From: Tagaea sp.
GTDB taxonomy: Bacteria; Pseudomonadota; Alphaproteobacteria; CACIAM-22H2
NCBI GenBank assembly: GCA_965279525.1
Contig: CBDIIB010000002.1
Location: forward strand, 128,001 to 192,000
Length of the DNA: 64,000 bases
Direction of reading: 5' to 3'
Shown here one piece after another: positions 18,568 to 28,626 of this stretch (positions are counted from its first letter, which is position 1; every line of letters begins with the position of its first letter). The notes beneath the pieces were generated by a model. It was not told the origin of the DNA. It saw only the letters and a list, made by a program, of their open reading frames with translations, and made no database searches. The translations under genes were made by a program, and so were the position numbers.

Positions 18568-21500
18568 CTAGTCGGCCGCGTGCGGCTGCGGATGCGACGT
18601 ATCGTGCGCGCGTTCCTGCTGGGCGAGGTTCATCGCGATTGCGCCGATCGGCTTGGTGAAGCCGGCCAGCAGCAGATAGAGCGAAGGCACGATGAAGCTC
18701 GTCATCAGCGTGGAGAACGACACGCCCCCGATGATCACCCAGCCGATCGCCTCGCGGCTTTCCGCCCCGGCGCCGTGTGCGCTGGCGAGCGGAACCGCGC
18801 CGACAGCCGTCGCGATCGACGTCATCAGGATGGGGCGCAGGCGCTGGACCGACGCGTTCAGCACCGCATCGCGGATCGACTGGCCTTCTTCGCGAAGCTG
18901 ATTGGCGAACTCGACGATCAGGATGCCGTTCTTCGCCATCAATCCGATCAGCAGGATCATGCCGATCTGGCTGTAGACGTTGAGCGAGATGCCCGTGAAA
19001 TAGAGAGCACCCAGCCCTCCGGTCACCGCAAGCGGGACCGACAGCATGATGATCAGCGGATGGATCCAGCTCTCGAACTGGGCCGCGAGCACCAGGAACA
19101 CGATCAGCAGCGCCAGCCCGAACGTGAAATAGAGCGAGGCCGCGGATTCCTTGAACTCCTGGCTCTGGCCGCGATAGCTGATGCGCGCCTCGGGCGGGAG
19201 TTCTTCGGCCGCGTACTTCTCCATCAGCGTCAGCGCCTCGCCCAGCGTGAAGCCGGGAGCGAGCGATGCCGTCAGCGTGATCGAGCGCAGCCGGTCGACG
19301 CGGTTGAGTTCGGCCGGTCCGGCCGCCTCGGTCAGCGTGACGAGCGTGGAGAGCGGGATCAGCTGCTGCGTGGTCGCCGACCGCACGAAGATGCTGGCAA
19401 GATCCTGCGGCGTGGCCCGGTCTTGGACCCGGGCCTGGAGGATCACGTTGTATTCCTCGCCGCGATCGACGTAGGTCGAAACGTTGCGCGAGCCGAACAT
19501 CGTCTCGAGCGTGCGACCGATCGAGTCGATCGAAACGCCGATGTCGGCTGCTCGGGCGCGGTCGATGCGCACGCGCAATTCCGGCTTCGTCTCGCGATAG
19601 TTCGAGTCGACGTTGAGGAAGCGCGGGTCCTGTCCCAGCCGCGCCATCATCAGATCGCGCCAGCCGCGCAGCGTCTCGTACTCGGTGCCGCCGAGAACGA
19701 ACTGGATCGGCGGCTGGAAGCCGCGCTGGCCCAGCGACGGCGGGTTGAGCGCGAAGGCGCGCACGCCCGGCAGTCCGGCTATGCGCGGGAAAATCTCGCG
19801 CACGATGTCCTGTTGCTTGCGCTCGGGGCCGGGCGGCTTCGGCGCCCCGGATTCCGAGCCGGAATAGCGCTGGCCCCATGGCTTGAGTCGCAGGAACAGC
19901 AGGCCCGAATTCACCGGTGCCGGCCGCTGGAAGCCCGGAGCGATGTTGGCCATGATCACGGCCGAAGACCCGTCCTCGATATAGGGTCGGAGGATGCGTT
20001 CGACCTGCATGACCGCTTCGGCGGTGTAGCTGTACGAAGCGCCTTCAGGGGCAGTCAGCGGGATGACGACGACGCCACGATCTTCGGTCGGGGCGAACTC
20101 CTTGGGGATCGCCGTGAAGAATACATAGGCGAGGCACGATACCATCAGGCCGCCGGCGAGCACGATGACCGGTACGCGCAGGCTGCGGTCCAGCAGCCAG
20201 CGATAGCCTTCGTTGATCGCGACGAAAACCTTCTCCGTCATCAGGTAGAGTTTGCCTTCGCCTTCGTGCGTCTTGAGCAGCTTCGAGCACATCATCGGCG
20301 ACAGCGAGAGCGCCACGAGCGCCGAGAACGCGACGGCCGCCGCAAGCGCGATGCCGAACTCGGTGAAGAGCCGTCCGGTGTTGCCGTCCATGAACGAGAT
20401 CGGAACGAACACGGCCATCAGCGTCAGAGTCGATGCGAGCACGGCAAACGTGATCTGGCGGGCACCCCGGACGGCGGCAAGCAGGACCGGTTCGCCCTTT
20501 TCGATGCGCGCGTGGATGTTCTCGAGCACGACGATGGCGTCGTCGACGACGATGCCGATCGCCAGAACGAAGGCGAGCAGCGTCAGGACGTTGAGCGAGT
20601 AGCCGAGTGCCGCGATCACGGTGAAAGATCCGATGATCGACACCGGAATCGCGATCGTCGGGATGATCGTCGCGCGCCACGAGCGCAGGAACACGAAGAT
20701 GACGCCGATCACCAGGCCGATGCCGATCGCCAGCGCGTGATAGACCTCGTAGATCGACTGTTCGATGAAGACGGATTCGTCGTAGCCGATAAGCACGTCG
20801 ATGCCTTCGGGAAAGCTCTCCTGAAGGCGCTTCATCTCGTCCTTGGCGCCCTTCGCGACCGACAGCGTGTTGCCGGTCGACTGGCGCAGGATGCCGACGC
20901 CGACCGCCGTGCGCCCGTTGGCGCGCAGGCCCGAACGCTCGTCTTCCGAGCCGACTTCGACCTTCGCGACCTCGCCGAGCCGGATCTGGTAGCCCTGCCG
21001 CGTGGCGATGACCACGCTGTTGAACTGCTCGACGGTGCCCAGGCGAGAGTCGGTTTTCACCGTGAACTCGCGCTGGGTCGATTCGATGCGTCCCGAGGGA
21101 AGTTCGACGTTCTGGCGCTTGATCGCGATCTCGACATCGTCGACGGTCAGGCCACGCGCGGCCAATGCCCGCCGATCCAGCCAGACGCGCATGGCAAAAC
21201 GGCGCTCGCCCGAAATGTTGACCTGCGCCACGCCCGGCACGATCGAGAGGCGGTCGACGAGATTCCGGCGGGCGAAGTCCGTCAGCTCGAGCTGGCTGAA
21301 ACGATCGGAATTGAGCGTGAACCAGACGATCGCGCGCTGGTCGCCGTCGACTTTCGCGATGATGGGGTCGTCGACACCTTCGGGCAGGCGCGCGCGCACG
21401 CGCGCCACGCGGTCGCGCACGTCGGCGGAAGCGGCATCGATGTCCCGGTCGAGACGGAATTCGATCGAGACCTGCGAGCGTTCTTCGCGGCTGCTCGATG

Positions 21501-21741
21501 TGATGGCCTTGACGCCTTCGATTCCGGCGACGACGCCTTCGATGATCTCGGTGACGCGGGTCTCGACGACCTGGTTGGCCGCCCCCTTGTACACGGTCGT
21601 GACCGACACGATCGGCGGATCGATCGCCGGATACTCGCGCACGGGGAGCTTCTGGAAGGCGGCGATTCCGAGAACCACCAGCAGGAGGCTCAGCACGGTC
21701 GCGAAAACCGGGCGCTTGATCGAGATGTCGGACAGGACCAT
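18568..21741 (-). CDS. RND efflux transporter permease (AcrB/MdtB family)
   Basis: 1057 aa; IKRPVFA, GIVVDDAIVVLENI, KNGILIVEFA, RLRPILMT. Confidence 0.95.
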   Translation of the reverse strand: MVLSDISIKRPVFATVLSLLLVVLGIAAFQKLPVREYPAIDPPIVSVTTVYKGAANQVVETRVTEIIEGVVAGIEGVKAITSSSREERSQVSIEFRLDRDIDAASADVRDRVARVRARLPEGVDDPIIAKVDGDQRAIVWFTLNSDRFSQLELTDFARRNLVDRLSIVPGVAQVNISGERRFAMRVWLDRRALAARGLTVDDVEIAIKRQNVELPSGRIESTQREFTVKTDSRLGTVEQFNSVVIATRQGYQIRLGEVAKVEVGSEDERSGLRANGRTAVGVGILRQSTGNTLSVAKGAKDEMKRLQESFPEGIDVLIGYDESVFIEQSIYEVYHALAIGIGLVIGVIFVFLRSWRATIIPTIAIPVSIIGSFTVIAALGYSLNVLTLLAFVLAIGIVVDDAIVVLENIHARIEKGEPVLLAAVRGARQITFAVLASTLTLMAVFVPISFMDGNTGRLFTEFGIALAAAVAFSALVALSLSPMMCSKLLKTHEGEGKLYLMTEKVFVAINEGYRWLLDRSLRVPVIVLAGGLMVSCLAYVFFTAIPKEFAPTEDRGVVVIPLTAPEGASYSYTAEAVMQVERILRPYIEDGSSAVIMANIAPGFQRPAPVNSGLLFLRLKPWGQRYSGSESGAPKPPGPERKQQDIVREIFPRIAGLPGVRAFALNPPSLGQRGFQPPIQFVLGGTEYETLRGWRDLMMARLGQDPRFLNVDSNYRETKPELRVRIDRARAADIGVSIDSIGRTLETMFGSRNVSTYVDRGEEYNVILQARVQDRATPQDLASIFVRSATTQQLIPLSTLVTLTEAAGPAELNRVDRLRSITLTASLAPGFTLGEALTLMEKYAAEELPPEARISYRGQSQEFKESAASLYFTFGLALLIVFLVLAAQFESWIHPLIIMLSVPLAVTGGLGALYFTGISLNVYSQIGMILLIGLMAKNGILIVEFANQLREEGQSIRDAVLNASVQRLRPILMTSIATAVGAVPLASAHGAGAESREAIGWVIIGGVSFSTLMTSFIVPSLYLLLAGFTKPIGAIAMNLAQQERAHDTSHPQPHAAD

Positions 21742-21772
21742 GGGGCGTTCCTGGCTTGAGAAGGGGGAGCGG

Positions 21773-22903
21773 CTAGGAGTTGGGTGCTGCCTCGTAAGGA
21801 CGGGTCGTGACGGGAAGGTTGGGGCGCACGCGCTGGAGGCCGCGCACGATGATGGTATCCGTCACCGCGATCCCTTCGGAGACCTCGACCTGGCCCTGCA
21901 TGCGCACGCCGAGCTTGACCTCGCGGCGCTGCGCGCGACCGTCGACGACCACATACACGAACTGGCGGACGCCTTCCGCGACGAGCGCGTCCTCGGGCAC
22001 GATCACCGCGTCCTCGCGCGTCGCGACGGCAAGCGACACCGTCAGGAACATGCCGGGCTTGAGGCTGAAATCCGCGTTGTCGAACGTGCCGTTCAGGCGG
22101 GCGGCGCGCGTGGCCGGATCGACGCGCGTGTCGATCGCGGTGACCTCGCCGACAAACTCGCGGCCCGGAAAGGCGGGCGTGAGGGCGATCACCGACAGTC
22201 CCTGGCGCAGCCGGCCAAGATACTGCTCGGGCACCGAGAACTCGACCTTGATCGTGCGCACATCGTCGAGCGTCGTGATCTGCGTGCCAGCCTGCACGAG
22301 CGCACCCATGCTGACCTGCCGCAGACCGACACGACCCTCGAACGGTGCCGTTATGCGGAAGTCGTCGAAACGCGCGTCGGCGGCACGCAGGCGCGATTCG
22401 TTCTGCCGGATACGGCCTTCGGCGGCCCGCAGCTGGCTTTCGAGCTGGTCGACGCGCGCCTCCGGCGCATTGCCGGTCGCGCGCAGCGCACGCGTGCGGT
22501 CGAGTTGCTGGCGGATCTCGTCGGCGACGGCGCGGGCCTGCTGGATCTCGGCGCGGACGGCCTCGGTATCGGCGGCGCGCTCGCGGCTCTCGAATTCGAC
22601 CAGGACCGCACCGCCCTTGACGGTCTGACCCTCCTGGAAATTGATCCGGGCGATGTTGCCGGCCTGCTTGGCCGAGATGACGACGGATTCGTTCGCGCGC
22701 GCCGTGCCGACCGCCTCGACCCGTTCGACGACGCGTATCGTCTTCGGCTTGTCGATCTCGACGACAGGGGCGGCCGTGATACCGCGCGCCGGCCCGGCAG
22801 CCGCCGTTCCGGTCTGGCTCTGGTAATAATACCAACCGCCGCCGACGCCGCCGGCGAGAACCGCAACCAGGGCCAATTGTCCGACTACGCGCATCTGCGC
22901 CAC
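21773..22903 (-). CDS. RND periplasmic adaptor (membrane fusion protein)
   Basis: N-terminal anchor, coiled coil, ITAPFEGRVG, LKPGMF; immediately upstream of the RND permease. Confidence 0.92.
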   Translation of the reverse strand: MAQMRVVGQLALVAVLAGGVGGGWYYYQSQTGTAAAGPARGITAAPVVEIDKPKTIRVVERVEAVGTARANESVVISAKQAGNIARINFQEGQTVKGGAVLVEFESRERAADTEAVRAEIQQARAVADEIRQQLDRTRALRATGNAPEARVDQLESQLRAAEGRIRQNESRLRAADARFDDFRITAPFEGRVGLRQVSMGALVQAGTQITTLDDVRTIKVEFSVPEQYLGRLRQGLSVIALTPAFPGREFVGEVTAIDTRVDPATRAARLNGTFDNADFSLKPGMFLTVSLAVATREDAVIVPEDALVAEGVRQFVYVVVDGRAQRREVKLGVRMQGQVEVSEGIAVTDTIIVRGLQRVRPNLPVTTRPYEAAPNS

Positions 22904-23166
22904 CGCTCCACGTTCGACATCTGCTTACCGGTAGCTTGGGCCAAGCAACTTCCAAGCCAGCGAATCACGTTGCAGGTTGCCGCAAAGGCAGCCCGATTGG
23001 CGTCCGAACTTAGGGCCCGACCGGTATCAAAGGAAGGTCTCCGTCGGTTACAGGCTGTAATTTATCACGATTCCGGCCCCGAAAGCCTGCCGGCAGGCCT
23101 TCCCAGCCGCCGGGGATCGTGGGAAAACTGGCCGCAAGCTCCGTTCATTCCACCTGACGGCCCGCG

Positions 23167-24342
23167 ATGTCCGACTCCGTCTACAGACGACGTTTCCCGG
23201 CCGGTCGGTTGCTCTTCAACGAAGGGCATGTCGCGGATGCGGCATACATAATCGAGACAGGTGCGGTCGAGATCTTCGTCGAGTTCGCCGGCGAGCGGAC
23301 CCGGCTTGCGGTCCTCGGGCCGGGGGAGATTTTCGGGGAGATGGCACTTGTCGACGACGCACCGCGTTCCGCAGCGGCTCTTGTCGTGGAGGACTGCGAG
23401 GTCATCGTCGTCGAGCGTGGCCAGATCAAGCGCGAACTGGAGAAGGCCTCGCCACTCATGCGCATCCTGCTGCGCACGTTGATCCACCGGTTGCGCGTGG
23501 CGACGTCGACCCTGCCGCAAGCGCAGATGCCGATCTCCACCGACGAGGCCGCGCGCGTGATCGCGCGCATCAAGAGCGAGCACGAGGTGCGTCGCGCGAT
23601 CGACGGCGGCGAACTCGTCCCCTTTCTCCAGCCGATCGTGCGCCTCGACGATGGCGTGACGGTCGGGTTCGAAGCCCTGGTGCGCTGGCACCATCCCCAG
23701 CACGGCCTGCTGGGGCCCGAGACCCTGCTGGGCTCGGCCGAACGCGCGGGTCTGCTCGAGGCGCTGGATCTCATGGTGATGCGCGAATCCGCGCGCATGC
23801 TCGCCGCCTTGAACCGGCGGCTGGCGCTGGCCGGCCGGCGGCCGGTGTTCCTGTCCGCGAATTTCGGTGCTGCACACTTCGCCGACGACCGTCTTGCCGA
23901 CGTGCTTGCCGAGATCCTGACCGAAGCGAGCCTGCCGCCCGAACGGCTGAAGGTCGAGATCACCGAAACGACGCTGATCGTCAACCGCGACGCGCACAAG
24001 GCGCTCGCCCGCATAAAGGCGCTGGGTGCCGCGATCAGTCTCGACGATTTCGGGACGGGCTATTCCGGCCTGTCTTATCTGTCGCAATTCCCGATCGACT
24101 ATCTCAAGATCGACAAGAGCTTCGTCAGCACCATGCTCGAGGACCGAAAGACCGCCGAGATCATCCGCTCCGTCGTCCAGCTCGCGAGCCAGCTCGAGAT
24201 CGATGCGATCGCCGAAGGCGTGGAGACGCCGGCCCAGGCCGAGTATCTGCGTTCGATCGGCTGCGTTTACGGTCAAGGGTATCTTTACGGTTCCGCGCAG
24301 CCTGCCGAAAACGCATGTGCCGCCCTTTTTGACCGTCCATGA
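23167..24342 (+). CDS. cNMP-binding (Crp-like) + EAL c-di-GMP phosphodiesterase
   Basis: LGPGEIFGEMALVDDAPRSA cNMP motif; FEALVRW, VEITE, DDFGTGYS, KIDKSF, EGVE, QGY. Confidence 0.92.
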   Translation: MSDSVYRRRFPAGRLLFNEGHVADAAYIIETGAVEIFVEFAGERTRLAVLGPGEIFGEMALVDDAPRSAAALVVEDCEVIVVERGQIKRELEKASPLMRILLRTLIHRLRVATSTLPQAQMPISTDEAARVIARIKSEHEVRRAIDGGELVPFLQPIVRLDDGVTVGFEALVRWHHPQHGLLGPETLLGSAERAGLLEALDLMVMRESARMLAALNRRLALAGRRPVFLSANFGAAHFADDRLADVLAEILTEASLPPERLKVEITETTLIVNRDAHKALARIKALGAAISLDDFGTGYSGLSYLSQFPIDYLKIDKSFVSTMLEDRKTAEIIRSVVQLASQLEIDAIAEGVETPAQAEYLRSIGCVYGQGYLYGSAQPAENACAALFDRP

Positions 24343-24355
24343 GCAGGCTCCCGGA

Positions 24356-25282
24356 ATGACGACCCAGCTTGTCACCCACCCCGCGTGCCTCGACCATGAT
24401 CCTGGCGCCTATCATCCTGAGAGCCCGCGCCGTCTCGAGGCCGTGCTGGCAGGACTTGCCGACGACCGGTTCAAGGGCCTGGAACGTGTGGTCGCTCCGC
24501 GCGCCAAGGACGACTCGCTGTGCCTCGTCCATCCGCGTGCCTATGTCGAAGCTGTCCTCGGCTCCATTCCCCCGATGGGCCGCCACCAGATCGATGGCGA
24601 CACGATCGTTTCGCCGGGCTCCGAGGATGCGGCACTTCGCGCCGCCGGTGCGGTCATTGCCGGCGTCGACGCGGTGTGCGAGGGCAGGGCGCGCAACGCC
24701 TTCGCCGCCGTGCGCCCGCCCGGCCACCACGCGGAAGCGGCACAGGCGATGGGCTTCTGCATCTTCAACAACGTCGCGGTCGGGGCCCTTCACGCGCGCG
24801 CGCATCACGGGCTGCGGCGCGTCGCCGTGATCGACTTCGACGTGCATCACGGCAACGGCACGCAGCACATGTTCGAGCGCGACCCGGACCTGTTCTATGC
24901 GTCTTCCCACGAATGGCCGCTCTACCCGGGCACCGGGGCCGCCGCCGAACGCGGGATCGGCAACATCGTCAACGCGCCGCTTGCCGGCGGCTCGGACGGG
25001 CACGCCTTCCGCGCGGCATTCGAGACCAAGATCCTGCCGGCGCTCGACGCGTTCGCGCCCGAACTGATCCTGATCTCGGCCGGGTTCGATGCCCATGAGC
25101 TTGATCCGCTCGCGAGCCTGCGCCTCGACGAGACGGATTTCGCGTGGGTCACGCGCGCCCTGATGGACGTGGCGCGCCGCCATTCGCGCGAGCGCATCGT
25201 CTCGGCGCTGGAGGGCGGCTACGACCTCGAAGCGCTGGCCGCGTCTGCCGCAGCCCACGTCGCGGCTCTGATGGAAAGCTAG
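24356..25282 (+). CDS. Histone deacetylase family protein
   Basis: HPESPRRL, RPPGHHA, GFCIFNN, DFDVHHGNGTQ, SAGFDAH, LEGGY. Confidence 0.93.
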   Translation: MTTQLVTHPACLDHDPGAYHPESPRRLEAVLAGLADDRFKGLERVVAPRAKDDSLCLVHPRAYVEAVLGSIPPMGRHQIDGDTIVSPGSEDAALRAAGAVIAGVDAVCEGRARNAFAAVRPPGHHAEAAQAMGFCIFNNVAVGALHARAHHGLRRVAVIDFDVHHGNGTQHMFERDPDLFYASSHEWPLYPGTGAAAERGIGNIVNAPLAGGSDGHAFRAAFETKILPALDAFAPELILISAGFDAHELDPLASLRLDETDFAWVTRALMDVARRHSRERIVSALEGGYDLEALAASAAAHVAALMES

Positions 25283-25357
25283 GAATCGAGCCGGATCAAC
25301 GATTTATGCAGACCGCGGCGCGCTCTCTGCTAGACTGTCCGACGGAGAGTGGGGTCC

Positions 25358-26383
25358 ATGGCTGACGGCCGCAAGAACATCACGCTCGCCCTGCAGGGCG
25401 GTGGGGCGCATGGCGCCTTCACGTGGGGCGTGCTCGACCGGCTGCTCGAGGACGACCGCCTCGTCATCGAGGGCATTTCGGGCACCTCGGCCGGCGCAAT
25501 GAACGGTGCCGTCGTCGTCGCCGGCATGGCGGCGGGCGGACCGGACGCGGCGCGCACACTCCTGGCGCGCTTCTGGGAGCACATCGCCGAGTCCGGCCGG
25601 TTCTCGATCTTCCAGCCGTCGATCTTCGACCGGATGATGGGCAGCTCCGCCAATCTCGATTTCTCTCCGCTCTATCAGGGCTTCGACCTGATGACGCGCA
25701 TGCTGTCGCCTTACCAGCTCAACCCGAGCGGCGACAATCCGTTGCGCAAGACGCTGAACGAGATGATCGATTTCGAGAAGGTGCGCGAGGGCGAGGGCGT
25801 GAAGCTCTTCATCTCGACCACCAACGTGCGCACCGGCAAGATCCGCGTCTTCCGCAACCACGAACTCACGGCCGACGTGCTGCTCGCGTCGGCCTGCCTG
25901 CCGCAGCTGTTCCAGGCCGTCGAGGTGGACGGCGAGCACTACTGGGACGGCGGGTTCATGGGCAATCCGGCGATGTTCCCGCTGATCTACAACTGCCGCG
26001 CCTCGGACATCCTGCTGATCGAGATCAACCCGATCCGCATCGAGGAGCTTCCGACGACCGCGCGCGGCATCGCCGACCGCATGAACTCGATCAGCTTCAA
26101 CGCGACGATGATGCGCGAGATGCGCACGATCGCCTTCGTGACGCGCCTGCTCGACCGGCACCGCCTGACCGGGCGTTCGGGCCTGCGGCGCATGTTCTTC
26201 CACATGGTCCAGGCCGAAGAGGAGATGGCCGCGTTCGGCGTGTCGTCCAAGTACAATCTCGACTGGGACTTCCTCCAGACACTGCGCAAGCTCGGCCGCG
26301 AAAAGGCCGACCAGTGGCTGAAGGTGAACTTCGACACGATCGGGCAGGACTCCTCCGTCGACCTCGAGAAACTGTTCTTCTGA
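25358..26383 (+). CDS. Patatin-like phospholipase/esterase
   Basis: LQGGGAHG, GTSAG nucleophile elbow, WDGG. Confidence 0.9.
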   Translation: MADGRKNITLALQGGGAHGAFTWGVLDRLLEDDRLVIEGISGTSAGAMNGAVVVAGMAAGGPDAARTLLARFWEHIAESGRFSIFQPSIFDRMMGSSANLDFSPLYQGFDLMTRMLSPYQLNPSGDNPLRKTLNEMIDFEKVREGEGVKLFISTTNVRTGKIRVFRNHELTADVLLASACLPQLFQAVEVDGEHYWDGGFMGNPAMFPLIYNCRASDILLIEINPIRIEELPTTARGIADRMNSISFNATMMREMRTIAFVTRLLDRHRLTGRSGLRRMFFHMVQAEEEMAAFGVSSKYNLDWDFLQTLRKLGREKADQWLKVNFDTIGQDSSVDLEKLFF

Positions 26384-26823
26384 TGATCCACACCGACCGC
26401 ACCGTCGTCCCCCATGCCGTCAGCGAGCAGAGCCTCGCCACGCTCGAGCCGTCGGCGACGGTCGTCGAGGCGGCGCGCATGATGGCGTACCTGCGCATCG
26501 GCGCGCTGATGGTCGTCGAGGACGGCAGGCTCGTCGGGATCTTTTCCGAACGCGATGCGCTGACGCGCGTCGTGGCCAAGGAGAAGGATCCGGCCACCAC
26601 GCTGGTATCCGAGGTGATGACGCCGGACCCGATCACGATCGCGCCCGAAACGACGGTCCAGCGCGCGCTCGACATCATGGCCGAAAAGGGCTTCCGCCAC
26701 CTGCCGGTGGTCGAGGAAGACCGCATCGTGGCCATCGTGTCGATCCGCGACCTTTACCGGTCCGTGAAGGACCAGATGGAAACCGATATCCTGCTGCTCG
26801 CCGAAACGCTGCTGCAGGGCTGA
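26383..26823 (+). CDS. CBS domain protein
   Basis: GRLVGIFSERD, VMTPDP, FRHLPV, IVSIRDL; TGATG coupling to the patatin gene. Confidence 0.88.
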   Translation: MIHTDRTVVPHAVSEQSLATLEPSATVVEAARMMAYLRIGALMVVEDGRLVGIFSERDALTRVVAKEKDPATTLVSEVMTPDPITIAPETTVQRALDIMAEKGFRHLPVVEEDRIVAIVSIRDLYRSVKDQMETDILLLAETLLQG

Positions 26824-26843
26824 AAATCGACCGGAGAACACGG

Positions 26844-28259
26844 ATGTCCGACAATCCCGACTACGATTTCGACCTGCTGGTGATGGGTTCGGGCCCCGCC
26901 GGCCAGCGCGCCGCGATCCAGGCAGCCAAGCTCGGCAAGCGCGTCGCGGTGATCGAGCACAAGGCCGTCGTCGGCGGTGCGTGCACCAATACCGGCACGA
27001 TCCCGTCCAAGACGCTGCGCGAAGCGGTGATGCACCTGTCGGGCTTCCGAGAGCGCAACGTCTACGGCGCTTCGTACCAGGTGAAGCAGAACATCACGAT
27101 GGAGGACCTGCTGTTCCGCGCTTCCGCGGTCATCCAGGCCGAGCTCGATGTCGTTCGGCACCAGATGCAGCGAAACGGCGTCGAGCTGATCGTCGCCGAA
27201 GCGCGGTTCACCGGCCCGGAGACCGTCGAGCTCGTCGGGATCGACGGGCGCGGCCGGCGTGAAGTGCGCGCACGCCGCATCATCATCGCGACAGGTACCG
27301 TGGCGACCCGTTCGAAGAGCATCCCGTTCGACGGCCAGAACATCATCATCAGCGACGACATCCTCGGTCTGGCGAAGATGCCGAAATCCATCTGCGTCAT
27401 CGGTGCCGGCGTCATCGGCTGCGAATACGCGACGATGTTCTCGACGCTCGGCGTACGCGTGACGGTCGTCGACAAGCGTGAGCGATTGCTCGATTTCGTC
27501 GACCACGAGATCATCGACACGCTTGTCTACCAGATGCGCAAGAACCGCGTGACGCTGCGTTTGGGCGAGGAAGTCGAAGGACTGGAATATACCGAGAATG
27601 CCGAAACGGGTGCCCGCGTCCACGTCAAGCTCAAGTCCGGCAAGCAGATCCATACCGAAAAGGCGCTCTATTCGATCGGGCGGACGGGCGCCACGGGGAT
27701 GCTCAACCTCGAAGCCGCGGGGCTCAAGGCCGATGATCGCGGGCGAATAACGGTCGACGAACAGTACCGCACGTCGGTTCCCCACATTTTCGCCGCCGGC
27801 GACGTGATCGGCTTTCCCTCGCTTGCATCCACCTCGATGGAGCAGGGACGCGTCGCCTCGTGCCACGCCTTCGGCATCGAGGCCAAGGCGGTCCCGGAGC
27901 TGTTCCCCTACGGCATCTACACGATCCCGGAGATATCGACCTGCGGCAAGTCCGAGGAGGAACTGACCCAGGCCGGCGTTCCCTACGAGGTCGGCAAGGC
28001 GCGCTATCAGGAGATCGCGCGCGGGGCCATCATCGGCGACAAGACAGGTCTGCTGAAGCTGCTGTTCCACGTCGACACGCGCCAGCTCCTCGGCATTCAC
28101 ATCATCGGGGAGGGGGCGACCGAGCTCATCCATATCGGCCAGGCCGTGCTCGCCTTCGAAGGCACGGTCGATTATTTCGTCCGGACGGTCTTCAATTACC
28201 CGACCCTCGCCGAATGCTACAAAACGGCCGCTTTCGACGGGATCAACCGGCTGTCCTAG
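26844..28259 (+). CDS. sthA: Soluble pyridine nucleotide transhydrogenase
   Basis: GSGPAG, GGACTNTGTIPSKTLRE (CxxxGT), GAGVIGCEY, GIYTIPEIS, FNYPTLAE. Confidence 0.93.
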   Translation: MSDNPDYDFDLLVMGSGPAGQRAAIQAAKLGKRVAVIEHKAVVGGACTNTGTIPSKTLREAVMHLSGFRERNVYGASYQVKQNITMEDLLFRASAVIQAELDVVRHQMQRNGVELIVAEARFTGPETVELVGIDGRGRREVRARRIIIATGTVATRSKSIPFDGQNIIISDDILGLAKMPKSICVIGAGVIGCEYATMFSTLGVRVTVVDKRERLLDFVDHEIIDTLVYQMRKNRVTLRLGEEVEGLEYTENAETGARVHVKLKSGKQIHTEKALYSIGRTGATGMLNLEAAGLKADDRGRITVDEQYRTSVPHIFAAGDVIGFPSLASTSMEQGRVASCHAFGIEAKAVPELFPYGIYTIPEISTCGKSEEELTQAGVPYEVGKARYQEIARGAIIGDKTGLLKLLFHVDTRQLLGIHIIGEGATELIHIGQAVLAFEGTVDYFVRTVFNYPTLAECYKTAAFDGINRLS

Positions 28260-28349
28260 GCCCCGGTCGGGCGAGCGGCGCCCCTCGTTGCGAAGGGCCG
28301 GGCGGCGGCCTATAACTCGGGTCGAACAGCCCTTGCGAGCCATCCGCCC

Positions 28350-28601
28350 ATGCCCAGCGCCCCATCGACCCATGCCGACATCGCCAAGCTCTCGTTCGAG
28401 GACGCCCTCAAGGAACTCGAGGAGATCGTCCGCACGCTCGAGCAGGGCAAGGGCAAGCTCGACGAATCCGTGACCGCCTACGAGCGCGGGGCGGCCCTCA
28501 AGAAGCACTGCGAGGCCAAACTGGCCGAGGCTGCGAGCCGCATCGAGCGCATCCAGATCGCCGGCGGCGAGGCTCGCACGGCACCGTTCGACGCGACCTG
28601 A
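28350..28601 (+). CDS. xseB: Exodeoxyribonuclease VII small subunit
   Basis: LSFEDALKELEEIVRTLE...YERG...CEAKL; precedes ispA. Confidence 0.93.
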   Translation: MPSAPSTHADIAKLSFEDALKELEEIVRTLEQGKGKLDESVTAYERGAALKKHCEAKLAEAASRIERIQIAGGEARTAPFDAT

Positions 28602-28626
28602 CAATCCGTCCGAGGCCCGTATCGCC

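Noticed and set aside
17587-21759. 1390-aa plus-strand ORF
   Set aside because: Antisense shadow of the RND permease and oxidoreductase genes; high GC3 bias suppresses stops and there are no recognisable motifs
25286-25299. FNR-like site TCGAGCCGGATCAA upstream of the patatin gene
   Set aside because: One half-site is mismatched and spacing to the -10-like TAGACT does not fit a class II promoter
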